NCBI GenBank assembly: GCA_045589435.1
Contig: JAZNPB010000140.1
Coordinates: 1,428-65,427, forward strand
Length of the DNA: 64,000 nt
From: Eubacteriales bacterium
GTDB lineage: Bacteria > Bacillota > Clostridia > Oscillospirales > CAG-272
Direction of reading: 5' to 3'
A program made the translations under genes and the position numbers. The notes below the pieces were generated by a model that had not been told where the DNA came from, ran no database searches, and worked only from the letters and a program-made list of their open reading frames with translations. Below are positions 8,109 to 16,219 of this stretch, one piece after another (position 1 is the stretch's first letter; every line of letters begins with the position of its first letter).

Positions 8109-9332
8109 ATGAAAAATGTAATCGTTGGACAGTCAGGCGGTCCTACATCAGTAATCAATTCCAGCCTTCTCGGAGTTTTCAAAACTGCAAAGGACAGAGG
8201 CGCAGATATCGTTTACGGCATGGTTCACGGTATAAAAGGCCTTCTCGATCGCGATATAGTTGATCTTTCTTCGCAGATCAAAACTGACCTTGATATGGAC
8301 CTTCTCAAGAGAACTCCCTCCTCGTTCCTCGGCTCGTGCCGTTATAAGCTCCCTGATATTAAGGGAAATGAAGAAACTTATGACAAGATCTTCGGTATTC
8401 TGAACGATCTTGAGATCTACGCCTTCTTCTACATTGGCGGTAACGACTCTATGGATACTATCAAAAAGCTTACCGACTACGGTAACATGATAAACAGTCC
8501 CATCAGATTCATCGGTGTTCCAAAAACAATCGACAATGACCTTGCCATCACAGATCACACCCCCGGTTTCGGCTCTGCGGCAAAATATATCGCAGCTACC
8601 ACAAAGGAAATAATTCGCGACGGTCTTGTTTACGACTATCCCGTAGTTTCCGTTATCGAAATAATGGGTAGAAACGCAGGTTGGCTCACAGCAGCTGCTG
8701 CTCTTTCAAAGGGCGAGGACTGCGAGGGCGTTGACCTAATTTATATGCCTGAAACAGTATTTGACGTTGATAAGTTTATAAACAAGGTTGGAGAGCTTCT
8801 TAAGGAAGAACGCTCTATCGTTATTGCAGTTTCCGAGGGTATCAAGGTTGCAGACGGAAGATACGTTTGCGAGCTTGCAGATCATATCGACTACGTTGAC
8901 GCATTCGGACACAAGCAGCTGGCAGGTACGGCAAGATATCTTACAGGCGAGATCTCAAAGAGATTCAAGGTTAAGACAAGAGCTATCGAGCTTTCATCTC
9001 TCCAAAGATGCGCGGCACACGTTACCAGCCGTATTGACATCACCGAGGCATTCAACGCAGGTGGCGCAGCAGTTAAGCTTGCTTTCGAGGGTAAGACCGG
9101 TCAGGTTATCACTCTCCAGAGAGTATCCGAGGATCCATATATGTGCATTACCGAGCCTGCTGACGTTCACTTCATCGCAAACGTTGAAAAGAAAGTTCCA
9201 AGAGAATGGATCAACGAGGACGGCACTTACGTAACTCCTGCTCTCGTTCACTACATAAGACCTCTCATTCAGGCAGAGATCGCGCCCCTTTGGGTTGACG
9301 GTCTTCCAAGACACCTGAAGCTTGAGAGATAA
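8109..9332 (+). CDS. 6-phosphofructokinase, PfkA family (phosphoryl donor ATP vs PPi unresolved)
   Basis: GQSGGPTSVIN, IGGNDSMDT, PKTIDNDL and MGRNAGWLTAA motifs. The GGNDS motif (not GGDGS) leaves the donor open. Confidence 0.9.
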   Translation: MKNVIVGQSGGPTSVINSSLLGVFKTAKDRGADIVYGMVHGIKGLLDRDIVDLSSQIKTDLDMDLLKRTPSSFLGSCRYKLPDIKGNEETYDKIFGILNDLEIYAFFYIGGNDSMDTIKKLTDYGNMINSPIRFIGVPKTIDNDLAITDHTPGFGSAAKYIAATTKEIIRDGLVYDYPVVSVIEIMGRNAGWLTAAAALSKGEDCEGVDLIYMPETVFDVDKFINKVGELLKEERSIVIAVSEGIKVADGRYVCELADHIDYVDAFGHKQLAGTARYLTGEISKRFKVKTRAIELSSLQRCAAHVTSRIDITEAFNAGGAAVKLAFEGKTGQVITLQRVSEDPYMCITEPADVHFIANVEKKVPREWINEDGTYVTPALVHYIRPLIQAEIAPLWVDGLPRHLKLER

Positions 9333-9333
9333 A
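9290..9333 (+). repeat. direct repeat, left copy (functional pfk 3' end)
   Basis: The last 28 nt (9306-9333, CCAAGACACCTGAAGCTTGAGAGATAAA) are identical to 9673-9700. The 17 nt upstream match 13/17. Confidence 0.85.
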
Positions 9334-9350
9334 ATTACAAGGGGGCAATC

Positions 9351-9665
9351 ATGAAATTATTTGACAGTCGCTTCGGTATGAAATTTGTTTTTATCGTAAG
9401 TTTTACGGTCTTCTTAATTTCTGCTTTATTGGGAATCATTTTCCCCATAATACCCTTTGAACTTAGTGCATTAATATTTGTATTTTTGGCTCCCTTCTCA
9501 TCAGCTACATACTGGCTCGTTCGATTAGTCAAAGGGGACGTATCGTTCTCTAGGGAAGGAAAAGACAGATATTTACACTTCAAGTATATTTCTAGCATAA
9601 TTAGTGGATATGCTTTCTCGGTTTTTGCTACTGTTTTGCTGTTGACACGATATTTTAGCAGTTAA
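9351..9665 (+). CDS. small hydrophobic protein (about 3 TM), cargo of the insertion between pfk and its terminator
   Basis: 104 aa. AAGGGGG RBS. No recognisable family. Confidence 0.5.
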   Translation: MKLFDSRFGMKFVFIVSFTVFLISALLGIIFPIIPFELSALIFVFLAPFSSATYWLVRLVKGDVSFSREGKDRYLHFKYISSIISGYAFSVFATVLLLTRYFSS

Positions 9666-9700
9666 CAGCCTGCCAAGACACCTGAAGCTTGAGAGATAAA
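9657..9700 (+). repeat. direct repeat, right copy (displaced relic of a pfk 3' end, reads VNSLPRHLKLER*)
   Basis: See 9290-9333. It is followed immediately by the terminator expected for pfk. Confidence 0.85.
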
Positions 9701-9708
9701 TCGATTTT

Positions 9709-9743
9709 AAATAGGTATGCGAACTTCGCATACCTATTTTTTT
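9709..9743 (+). terminator. intrinsic terminator
   Basis: AAATAGGTATGCG-AACTT-CGCATACCTATTT followed by a T-run. Confidence 0.75.
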
Positions 9744-9881
9744 ACAAAATACTGTATTTACTGTTGATTTTCTTTACAAAAAATGATAAAATATAACTAA
9801 ACAAAGATTTTATATTATTTTCGCGATAATTTTATAAAGTTTTTTCGCGAGGATTTAGTAAAAAATAACGGAAGGTGCAAT

Positions 9882-10718
9882 ATGAACTTTTTGAAGCTTA
9901 ATCCATATATTCGTTCGGTTTCTCTCTACGAAAAGCCGCCTATCGCAGGCGAGTGCATCGCTTATGACGAGAGGCTCATCTACGTTATCTCCGGCGACTT
10001 ACAAATTGCCGTTTGTGGAGAAAAATTCTCGCATCTTTCGGTTGGAAACACCATCTTTATCCCTCGCGGCACCCCATATAAGCTGAAAAGCAAATACGTT
10101 CGTATGGTGGTTGTAACTTTCGACCTGACTAGCGAAAACGTTACGGAGGCGGAAATAATTCACCCCGTATCTGCCGAGGAGTTTGATAAAGACAAGCTTC
10201 GTGAGATTCCGGACAGCCCCTTTGACAAGGTCATAAGGCTTGACGACATGGAAGCGGAGCGAGATAACTTTATTCGACTTGCAAATATTTTCACCTCTGC
10301 CGAGGGCAACTTCCGCGCCGAGCTTTCCGCAAGATTCAAGCTGATCCTCCTGAAAATTGCCGAAGTTTCCGACGAACATTCTCTACCTATGCGAATGGTT
10401 GAAAATCTTGATTCTTACATAAGAGAAAACTGTAGCGACGAGATCTCAAACACGGAGATAGGTGCAATTTTCGGCTACCACCCCTTCTATATCAGCAACG
10501 TGCTAAAGGACACAAAGGGTATGACCTTGCGACAGTACATTATCGCATACAGACTGAAGCTTTCAAAGAGAATGCTACGCGAAACCGACAAGACCACGGG
10601 CGAGATCGCAGAGGCGTGCGGTTTTACAGACGCATCCTATTTCACGAAAACGTTCAAGAATGCTTTTGGCGAAACCCCAAAGGAGTATAGAAACAAATTC
10701 AAGGATAAATTTATATAA
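9882..10718 (+). CDS. AraC family transcriptional regulator (cupin sensor + HTH)
   Basis: C-terminal AraC signature ...ACGFTDASYFTKTFKNAFGETPKEYR. Confidence 0.85.
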   Translation: MNFLKLNPYIRSVSLYEKPPIAGECIAYDERLIYVISGDLQIAVCGEKFSHLSVGNTIFIPRGTPYKLKSKYVRMVVVTFDLTSENVTEAEIIHPVSAEEFDKDKLREIPDSPFDKVIRLDDMEAERDNFIRLANIFTSAEGNFRAELSARFKLILLKIAEVSDEHSLPMRMVENLDSYIRENCSDEISNTEIGAIFGYHPFYISNVLKDTKGMTLRQYIIAYRLKLSKRMLRETDKTTGEIAEACGFTDASYFTKTFKNAFGETPKEYRNKFKDKFI

Positions 10719-10761
10719 ATCCTTTTTTTGACAAGCTCAGTTTACATTTTACGGAGTTTTT

Positions 10762-12153
10762 ATGAAACTAAAGAAAAATCAAATTTTAGAACTTGATATA
10801 ATTGATATAACGAATCTTGGCTTTGGCGTTGGAAAGATATCGGGGGAGGTCATCTTTATTTCCGACACAGTTCCTGGGGATAGAGTCCGCGCCAAGGTGA
10901 TAAAGGTTGCAAGCTCATATGCCATAGGTAAGGCGGAGGAGTTCATTTTCCTCTCTGACAAGCGCGACCATAGATGCGATAACAGACTCTGCAAGGCTTG
11001 TGCCTACAAGAACATATCCTATGCTCACGAGGCAGAGCTGAAAGCGGCGGCAGTTTGCCAGATCTTCAAAAAGGCAGGGCTTCCCGAGGTTGAGATCGGG
11101 AGCATAATCACATCACCAAAGACTTGCGGTTACAGAAACAAAGCGCAGTACCCCATCAGTCGTGACAAAAACGGGGATTATCAAATAGGATTCTTTGCGC
11201 CAAAGAGCCACCGCGTTACAGATGCTATCGATTGCCCTCTGGCACCAAAAATTTTCTCTGAAATCCTTGCTGAAGCACGGAAGTACTTCAAGGAAAACGA
11301 CCTTTCTGTATACGATGAAGAATCCGGATCGGGACTTCTGCGCCACATATATCTTCGCCGTGGTGAAGTGTCGGGAGAGGTGCTGCTCACCTTCGTTATT
11401 AACGGTGCTTCCTTGCCAAACGCCGACGATCTGGTTTCCCGAATGACCAAAAAATTCCCCCAGATCGTGGGGATCCTTATAAATGAGAATACAAAAAACA
11501 CCAACATAATTTTAGGTGAAAAATACACTGCTCTCTTTGGCAGAGATTATATATTCGACACCCTGGCAGGAGTGGAGCTGAAAATTACTGCTCCATCATT
11601 CTATCAAGTAAACCACGACTGCGCAGAGATACTCTATGCAAAAGCGCGCGAGCTAGCAGATCTCAAATCTGATGACGTTCTTCTCGATCTATATTGCGGC
11701 GCCGGATCTATCGGACTCTCAATGGCAAAAGACTGTAAAGAGGTTATAGGGATAGAAATTGTAGATAGCGCAGTTGAATGTGCAAAGTTCAATGCAGAAA
11801 ATAATGACATAAAAAACGCCTCTTTCTACACCGGAGATGCAAAGGATACAGAAAAGCTCCTTCATCCGGCAGAGGCAGCACGCGTAGAGAAGATTTTGCC
11901 CGACGTAGTTATATTTGATCCCCCGCGTGGTGGGTCAGACGAGGTGCTTCTCCATCACGTAGCTTCCCTCTCTCCAAGAAAAATCGTGTACATTTCATGC
12001 AATCCCGCCACCCTCGCAAGAGATATGGCAATCTTAAAAGAATTAGGCTACATTGGCGGCACGGTAACTCCAGTGGATATGTTCCCCGGAACAGGACATG
12101 TCGAGTCCGTCGTGTGTCTCACACGTCGGCTCGACGTCGATATGCGCCGTTGA
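10762..12153 (+). CDS. rlmD: 23S rRNA (uracil-C5)-methyltransferase, RumA/RlmD(RlmCD) family
   Basis: N-terminal TRAM domain, Cys cluster (CDNRLCKAC), SAM motif LDLYCGAGSIG, catalytic ISCNPATLARD. The last 6 codons are encoded by the 8-mer repeat array. Confidence 0.9.
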   Translation: MKLKKNQILELDIIDITNLGFGVGKISGEVIFISDTVPGDRVRAKVIKVASSYAIGKAEEFIFLSDKRDHRCDNRLCKACAYKNISYAHEAELKAAAVCQIFKKAGLPEVEIGSIITSPKTCGYRNKAQYPISRDKNGDYQIGFFAPKSHRVTDAIDCPLAPKIFSEILAEARKYFKENDLSVYDEESGSGLLRHIYLRRGEVSGEVLLTFVINGASLPNADDLVSRMTKKFPQIVGILINENTKNTNIILGEKYTALFGRDYIFDTLAGVELKITAPSFYQVNHDCAEILYAKARELADLKSDDVLLDLYCGAGSIGLSMAKDCKEVIGIEIVDSAVECAKFNAENNDIKNASFYTGDAKDTEKLLHPAEAARVEKILPDVVIFDPPRGGSDEVLLHHVASLSPRKIVYISCNPATLARDMAILKELGYIGGTVTPVDMFPGTGHVESVVCLTRRLDVDMRR

Positions 12154-12338
12154 TGCGTCGCTCGATATGTCTGCGACTCGATATGGCGCTAAAGCGCTCG
12201 ATATGCCCTGCGGGGCGAGGAGAAAAGGCGCAATCGACACTCGTTGCCAGAGGCAACATATCGAATTTCGAGCGAAGCGAGAAATATATCGAATGGTCGC
12301 AACGCGACCATATATCGAGTTGCGAAGCAACATATCGA
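12137..12338. repeat. mirror-symmetric array: 4 x TCGATATG, then 4 x (C)ATATCGA, each abutting a GC mini-hairpin
   Basis: Forward 8-mers at 12137, 12162, 12178 and 12198. Reverse copies at 12257, 12285, 12311 and 12331. Mini-hairpins at 12186-12197, 12205-12216, 12243-12257, 12295-12309 and 12319-12331. Confidence 0.8.
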
Positions 12339-12369
12339 CAAATGCTACAAAACAAAGGAGCAAGACAAA

Positions 12370-12720
12370 ATGACCGACAACAAGAACCAACTCCGAGAGG
12401 ACGCCATAGAATTTGCTATCCAAATATCCGACCTCTGTGATGAAATAAAAGGTTGCTCCGTTTATGTGAATCAGATTGTCCGTTCTTCATCGTCCATCGG
12501 AGCCAATATTCACGAAGCAAAATACGCACAGAGCAAAGCCGATTTTATAAATAAATTGGAAATCTCCTTAAAAGAGTCTTCGGAAACCGAATATTGGCTT
12601 GAGCTGATTTTTAGAAAAGGTAAAGTGACAGAAATAACCTACAAGGATTTACGCAACAAATGCGGTTCAATCAGGCGCAGACTTATTGCTTCCATCACCA
12701 CAGCCAAGGAAAACGGATAA
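12370..12720 (+). CDS. four-helix-bundle protein (23S rRNA intervening-sequence protein / Avd-like family)
   Basis: 116 aa from ATG 12370, after AAAGGAG. Family-typical ...IVRSSSSIGANIHEAKYAQSKADFINKLEISLKESSETEYWLELI. Confidence 0.75.
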   Translation: MTDNKNQLREDAIEFAIQISDLCDEIKGCSVYVNQIVRSSSSIGANIHEAKYAQSKADFINKLEISLKESSETEYWLELIFRKGKVTEITYKDLRNKCGSIRRRLIASITTAKENG

Positions 12721-12723
12721 GGA

Positions 12724-12793
12724 CAAATAATGAGTTCGAGCGAAACTCGAAACTTCAATTTACATCAGTTTGGTATAACATATCGAAAGGAGA
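12724..12793 (+). repeat. 70-nt conserved cassette leader, copy a (hairpin TTCGAG-CGAAA-CTCGAA, TGGTATAAC, CATATCGA, AAGGAGA)
   Basis: 67/70 identical to 13730-13799. Confidence 0.85.
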
Positions 12794-12802
12794 TTACCCA
12801 AA

Positions 12803-13489
12803 TTGACTTATGGAATTATAAAAAACAAAGACGGTTCGACCTATGTGTCACCGATATTTGCTTTGAAATATGCAGGTTGGAAATCAGAGGTGATTGTCTT
12901 TGATGAAACATTTGAAAAAATCAAAAAGATTGAAATGTGGAATTCTGGTTTTAGTGGAATCCACAGAATTGTATTTGTGCTTGAAAATGATTTTGACACA
13001 AACGGTGGAGAGTTTGCCGGATATGATTGGGTAATCAACGATAAAGCTCTTTTCAAGGCACTTCGGTCAAAGAAAGGTGCAAATATAGAGGATTTCCCTT
13101 TATTCAAAGAGTATTGCAAGGATATATGCGTGCCTGATCTCTTTGAGATAAAAGATGAGAAAGATATCGCTGCTCTCGAAGATGTTTCATTTGGATTTCA
13201 CGATTCCCTCATACAGGAGTATGAGGAAAAGGACGGCAGTATTGTAATACGCTTTGATACAACGTGGGATTGCTACATTACCGTAACCTTTGACGGAGTT
13301 GTCGAGGCTGATTTCAAAGAAAAAGTAGGTCAGATATTGGATTCGGAAATCAAGAAAACGGACGAAGGTTTTTCATTCACGGTATTAGACGGCTTTGCAG
13401 GTTGGATTGACGGCTGTGATTACGGGTCCGAGATTGGAGAGCCTTATATTAAGTGCAAAAGAATTTTTTGGCAAATTGAAATTGCCTAA
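12803..13489 (+). CDS. hypothetical soluble protein (228 aa), TTG start
   Basis: The SD of the conserved leader lies 9 nt upstream of the TTG. No family recognised. Confidence 0.5.
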   Translation: MTYGIIKNKDGSTYVSPIFALKYAGWKSEVIVFDETFEKIKKIEMWNSGFSGIHRIVFVLENDFDTNGGEFAGYDWVINDKALFKALRSKKGANIEDFPLFKEYCKDICVPDLFEIKDEKDIAALEDVSFGFHDSLIQEYEEKDGSIVIRFDTTWDCYITVTFDGVVEADFKEKVGQILDSEIKKTDEGFSFTVLDGFAGWIDGCDYGSEIGEPYIKCKRIFWQIEIA

Positions 13490-13523
13490 AATATACTTTT
13501 GAGAAGATTTACGATAAAAAGTG

Positions 13524-13610
13524 AGACTTTAAGGTATTACAACCCCCATTTTTCGACCGGTGTGAGACCTTTTGGAGTCCCCGCCCATGTCGAATCTGTC
13601 GTTTGTCTGA
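13524..13610 (+). repeat. decayed rumA 3'-end copy 1 (reads TLRYYNPHFSTGVRPFGVPAHVESVVCLTRKCAKNG*)
   Basis: It shares the HVESVVCLTR-coding core with resident rumA (12097-12125). About 80 percent identical to copy 2. Confidence 0.75.
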
Positions 13611-13729
13611 CGAGAAAATGCGCCAAAAACGGTTAAAAACAGGCAAAATCAAACCGTTTTTAACGTTTTTAAGATAATAATTCAAAAAACGGTGTTCAAA
13701 ATCAACCCCCAAAAAATTTTATGTTGGGG

Positions 13730-13799
13730 CAAATAATGATTTCGAGCTAAACTCGAAACTTCAATTTACATCTGTTTGGTATAACATATCGAAAGGAGA
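13730..13799 (+). repeat. 70-nt conserved cassette leader, copy b
   Basis: See 12724-12793. Here the SD serves an 11-codon ORF (MSKKSRKRTTK*, 13805-13840). Confidence 0.85.
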
Positions 13800-13860
13800 C
13801 CAAAATGTCTAAAAAATCACGCAAAAGAACGACGAAATAATAGACCAATCAATTCACGAT

Positions 13861-14367
13861 GTGTTATCAATGCAAAAGCAAACAATGAAAAAAGCTTTTC
13901 TTGATTATTTAGGAGCTACAATTATGTTTTTTGTGATGGCTCTCGTTGTATTTGTAGTTGGACTTTTGACAGAAGACGCTTCGCATTCAAAACGAATTGT
14001 TTTTGTCGCTACACCCATTATTCTTGGTTTTACCATGTTTTTCACTTTTCTTTTTATTCGACGATTTGTTATCTTTAAGGAAATCAACAAGATTACATCT
14101 TCAAGTGAACAGACTATCGAAATTACTTGCAAAAAGGTGGAATTTTTGACTCAACCTATATCCAAACATTCCGCCGTAATTATATGTATTGTATTAACAG
14201 ATGAAAATGGCAAAAAGTATTATGACATAGTAAACGGGATTTCTTATTGCGCAAAAAAGGCGACGCGAGCGGAGTTGTTAAACACAAAAATTACGCTTAA
14301 TTGCTATGTGAACACTAACTATGTGAGAACTCATAAAGTACATACAGAGGCTATAGGGGAAAATTAA
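13861..14367 (+). CDS. hypothetical membrane protein (2 TM)
   Basis: Start uncertain: GTG 13861, ATG 13870 or ATG 13885, none with a clear RBS. It may be the frameshifted continuation of the 11-codon ORF. Confidence 0.45.
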   Translation: MLSMQKQTMKKAFLDYLGATIMFFVMALVVFVVGLLTEDASHSKRIVFVATPIILGFTMFFTFLFIRRFVIFKEINKITSSSEQTIEITCKKVEFLTQPISKHSAVIICIVLTDENGKKYYDIVNGISYCAKKATRAELLNTKITLNCYVNTNYVRTHKVHTEAIGEN

Positions 14368-14452
14368 GACTTTAAGATATTACAACCCCCGTTTTTGACC
14401 GATTTTGAGGCCTTTTGGAGTCCCCTCCCACATTGAAAGTGTCGTTTATCTA
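14367..14452 (+). repeat. decayed rumA 3'-end copy 2 (TLRYYNPRF*PILRPFGVPSHIESVVYLSKE, internal stop)
   Basis: Aligns with copy 1 over 86 nt with one indel. Confidence 0.75.
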
Positions 14453-14477
14453 AGTAAAGAAAGCGAAAAACAGAAAA

Positions 14478-14954
14478 ATGAACTTCAAAAAAGCAAATCA
14501 AAGTGATACTGAGCATATCCTTTCCCTTTATCAAAATGCTAAAACAAGTGAGTTCTGCGTTTGGAACGATAGTTATCCTTCTATTGCGGAAATCCAGCAT
14601 GATTTAATCACAAATAATCTGTACGTTATGACCGATAAAAGCGAAATAATAGGAGCTATTTCTATTGTGCCAGAAAATGAAATGGACGGTTTCGATTGCT
14701 GGTCATATAAGGATGGCAAAGAAATTGCCAGAGTTGTAGTTGACAAGGCATACCAAGGTCATGGTCTGTCCTTTGAAATGGTGAAAAGCGTTGAGGCAAT
14801 TCTGCGGCAGAACGGCCGTAAGGCTATTCATTTATCTGTGGTAAAATCCAACCTGCCCGCCTATAAAACGTATATAAAAGCGGGATTTGCTGTGGTCGGA
14901 GAAGCGGATATGTACGGTAATAGTTACTACCTTATGGAGAAAGCAATCAATTAA
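14478..14954 (+). CDS. GNAT family N-acetyltransferase
   Basis: VVDKAYQGHGLSFEMV acetyl-CoA motif. 158 aa. Confidence 0.8.
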   Translation: MNFKKANQSDTEHILSLYQNAKTSEFCVWNDSYPSIAEIQHDLITNNLYVMTDKSEIIGAISIVPENEMDGFDCWSYKDGKEIARVVVDKAYQGHGLSFEMVKSVEAILRQNGRKAIHLSVVKSNLPAYKTYIKAGFAVVGEADMYGNSYYLMEKAIN

Positions 14955-15069
14955 GCTTTCATACCTAAATAAATCACAAACAAGCGAGCTCGTGACCCAC
15001 ATTTAGAACAATAACTAAGTTCGTCGTAGAGAAAAAACGAGCCCTGTTATTACAGTTAATAAAAAGAAC

Positions 15070-15516
15070 ATGAGAAAAACAGTAAAAAAAGAGGATGCTA
15101 CAATCGATTTTTCAAAAAAATATTCGAAGAAAAGGAAAACGCCAAAGACTGTCAAGCAAGAGAACGACATAGTTGTTGGAAAAATAATCTGCTGGGGATT
15201 TATTATTGCAGTACCTTTGATTCTACTTGCGTTTTTGATAGTTTCAAAAGCGAACGAATCTCCCGTATTTTCAAATTACGCTACGTTATCGATATTTATC
15301 CCGTGCATTGCTTTTGGCACGTATAATCTTTTAGGCTTGATTTTCAAGTGGAATCATGCGAGAGCTTGCGCGCAGACCTTCCTTCACAAGAGAATGATGG
15401 TCGACGTAAGGGATAAAATGTCCGATGAAGAAAAAAGAGAGACCTTGTTTTTAGTGATCGCCCTTTACGCTATCGGATTTTTGGGTACGGCATTCCAATT
15501 TATAGATATTTTATGA
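15070..15516 (+). CDS. hypothetical membrane protein
   Basis: 148 aa with a basic N-terminus and 3-4 hydrophobic segments. Confidence 0.45.
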   Translation: MRKTVKKEDATIDFSKKYSKKRKTPKTVKQENDIVVGKIICWGFIIAVPLILLAFLIVSKANESPVFSNYATLSIFIPCIAFGTYNLLGLIFKWNHARACAQTFLHKRMMVDVRDKMSDEEKRETLFLVIALYAIGFLGTAFQFIDIL

Positions 15517-15564
15517 CGTAAAAAGCGATCTATTAAAGTTACCGTTTTATAGAAAAGAGGATTA

Positions 15565-16158
15565 ATGAAAAACACAAATAAATCAAAAAATGCAGCTATA
15601 ATATTACTCATAGGCATCGGGGCGCTGCTGATCACGCTGGGAGCTTTTGCAAACCAAGGAAAGCTACCGCTGATATTGTGCGGTGCAGGATTTGTTGCCT
15701 TTGCACTGCTAATACTTTCAGGCGCTCTTGACGGCAAAAAAGACGATGAGGGTGATCACGCCTACACTATTACGAGTGTTACAAACGTTGACCGAATGGA
15801 GGGGCGAGAATTTGAGTATTTCTGTGCAGAGCTGCTGGAGCGATGCGGCTTTGAGGAGGTGGAAGTAACTCGCGGATCGGGAGATCAGGGCGTAGATATT
15901 CTCGCAAGAAAAGAGGATATAAAATACGCAATACAATGTAAAAACTACTCTCATCCTCTCGGAAACTCCCCCGTGCAGGAGGTCTACGCCGGCAAGACTT
16001 TCTATAAATGCCACGTAGGTGTGGTGATGACGAATTCCACCTTCACAAAAGGGGCGCGTCAGCTTGCAGACTCTGTAGGTATCATCCTGTGGGATAAAAG
16101 CAGGCTCGACAAAATGATGATCCGTACCGGAATGCAAGAATTTGTCAAAAAACAATAA
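15565..16158 (+). CDS. membrane-anchored Mrr-like restriction endonuclease domain protein
   Basis: Two N-terminal TM segments, then a PD-(D/E)xK Mrr_cat-type core (GSGDQGVDILA...IQCK...VQEV). Confidence 0.7.
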   Translation: MKNTNKSKNAAIILLIGIGALLITLGAFANQGKLPLILCGAGFVAFALLILSGALDGKKDDEGDHAYTITSVTNVDRMEGREFEYFCAELLERCGFEEVEVTRGSGDQGVDILARKEDIKYAIQCKNYSHPLGNSPVQEVYAGKTFYKCHVGVVMTNSTFTKGARQLADSVGIILWDKSRLDKMMIRTGMQEFVKKQ

Positions 16159-16219
16159 AATTGAAAATAATTATTTACATATTAAAATAAAAAAACACAA
16201 TAACAAAGGAGAATTAGTT

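Noticed and set aside
12137-12338. CRISPR array interpretation of the 8-mer repeats.
   Set aside because: The repeats are only 8 nt with 8-25 nt spacers. Half are inverted, there are no cas genes, and the array overlaps the rumA stop. This is not CRISPR architecture.
11997-12440. Overlapping ORFs in several frames across the rumA terminus (11997-12440, 12098-12373, 12043-12423, 12119-12355, and the 5' part of 12244-12720).
   Set aside because: They are generated by the stop-poor, palindromic 8-mer/hairpin array. They have no RBS and give repetitive translations.
12370-12720. Diversity-generating retroelement, because the four-helix-bundle protein belongs to the Avd/23S-IVS family.
   Set aside because: No reverse transcriptase ORF is present and no template/variable repeat pair is visible nearby. 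The adjacent repeats are 8-mers and cassette boundaries, not an A-mutated TR/VR.
14990-15060. A possible third, highly degenerate rumA 3'-end copy (GACCCACATTTAGAACAATAACTAAGTTCGTCG).
   Set aside because: Only an 8-nt core (CCCACATT) and scattered matches are present, which cannot be distinguished from chance by eye.
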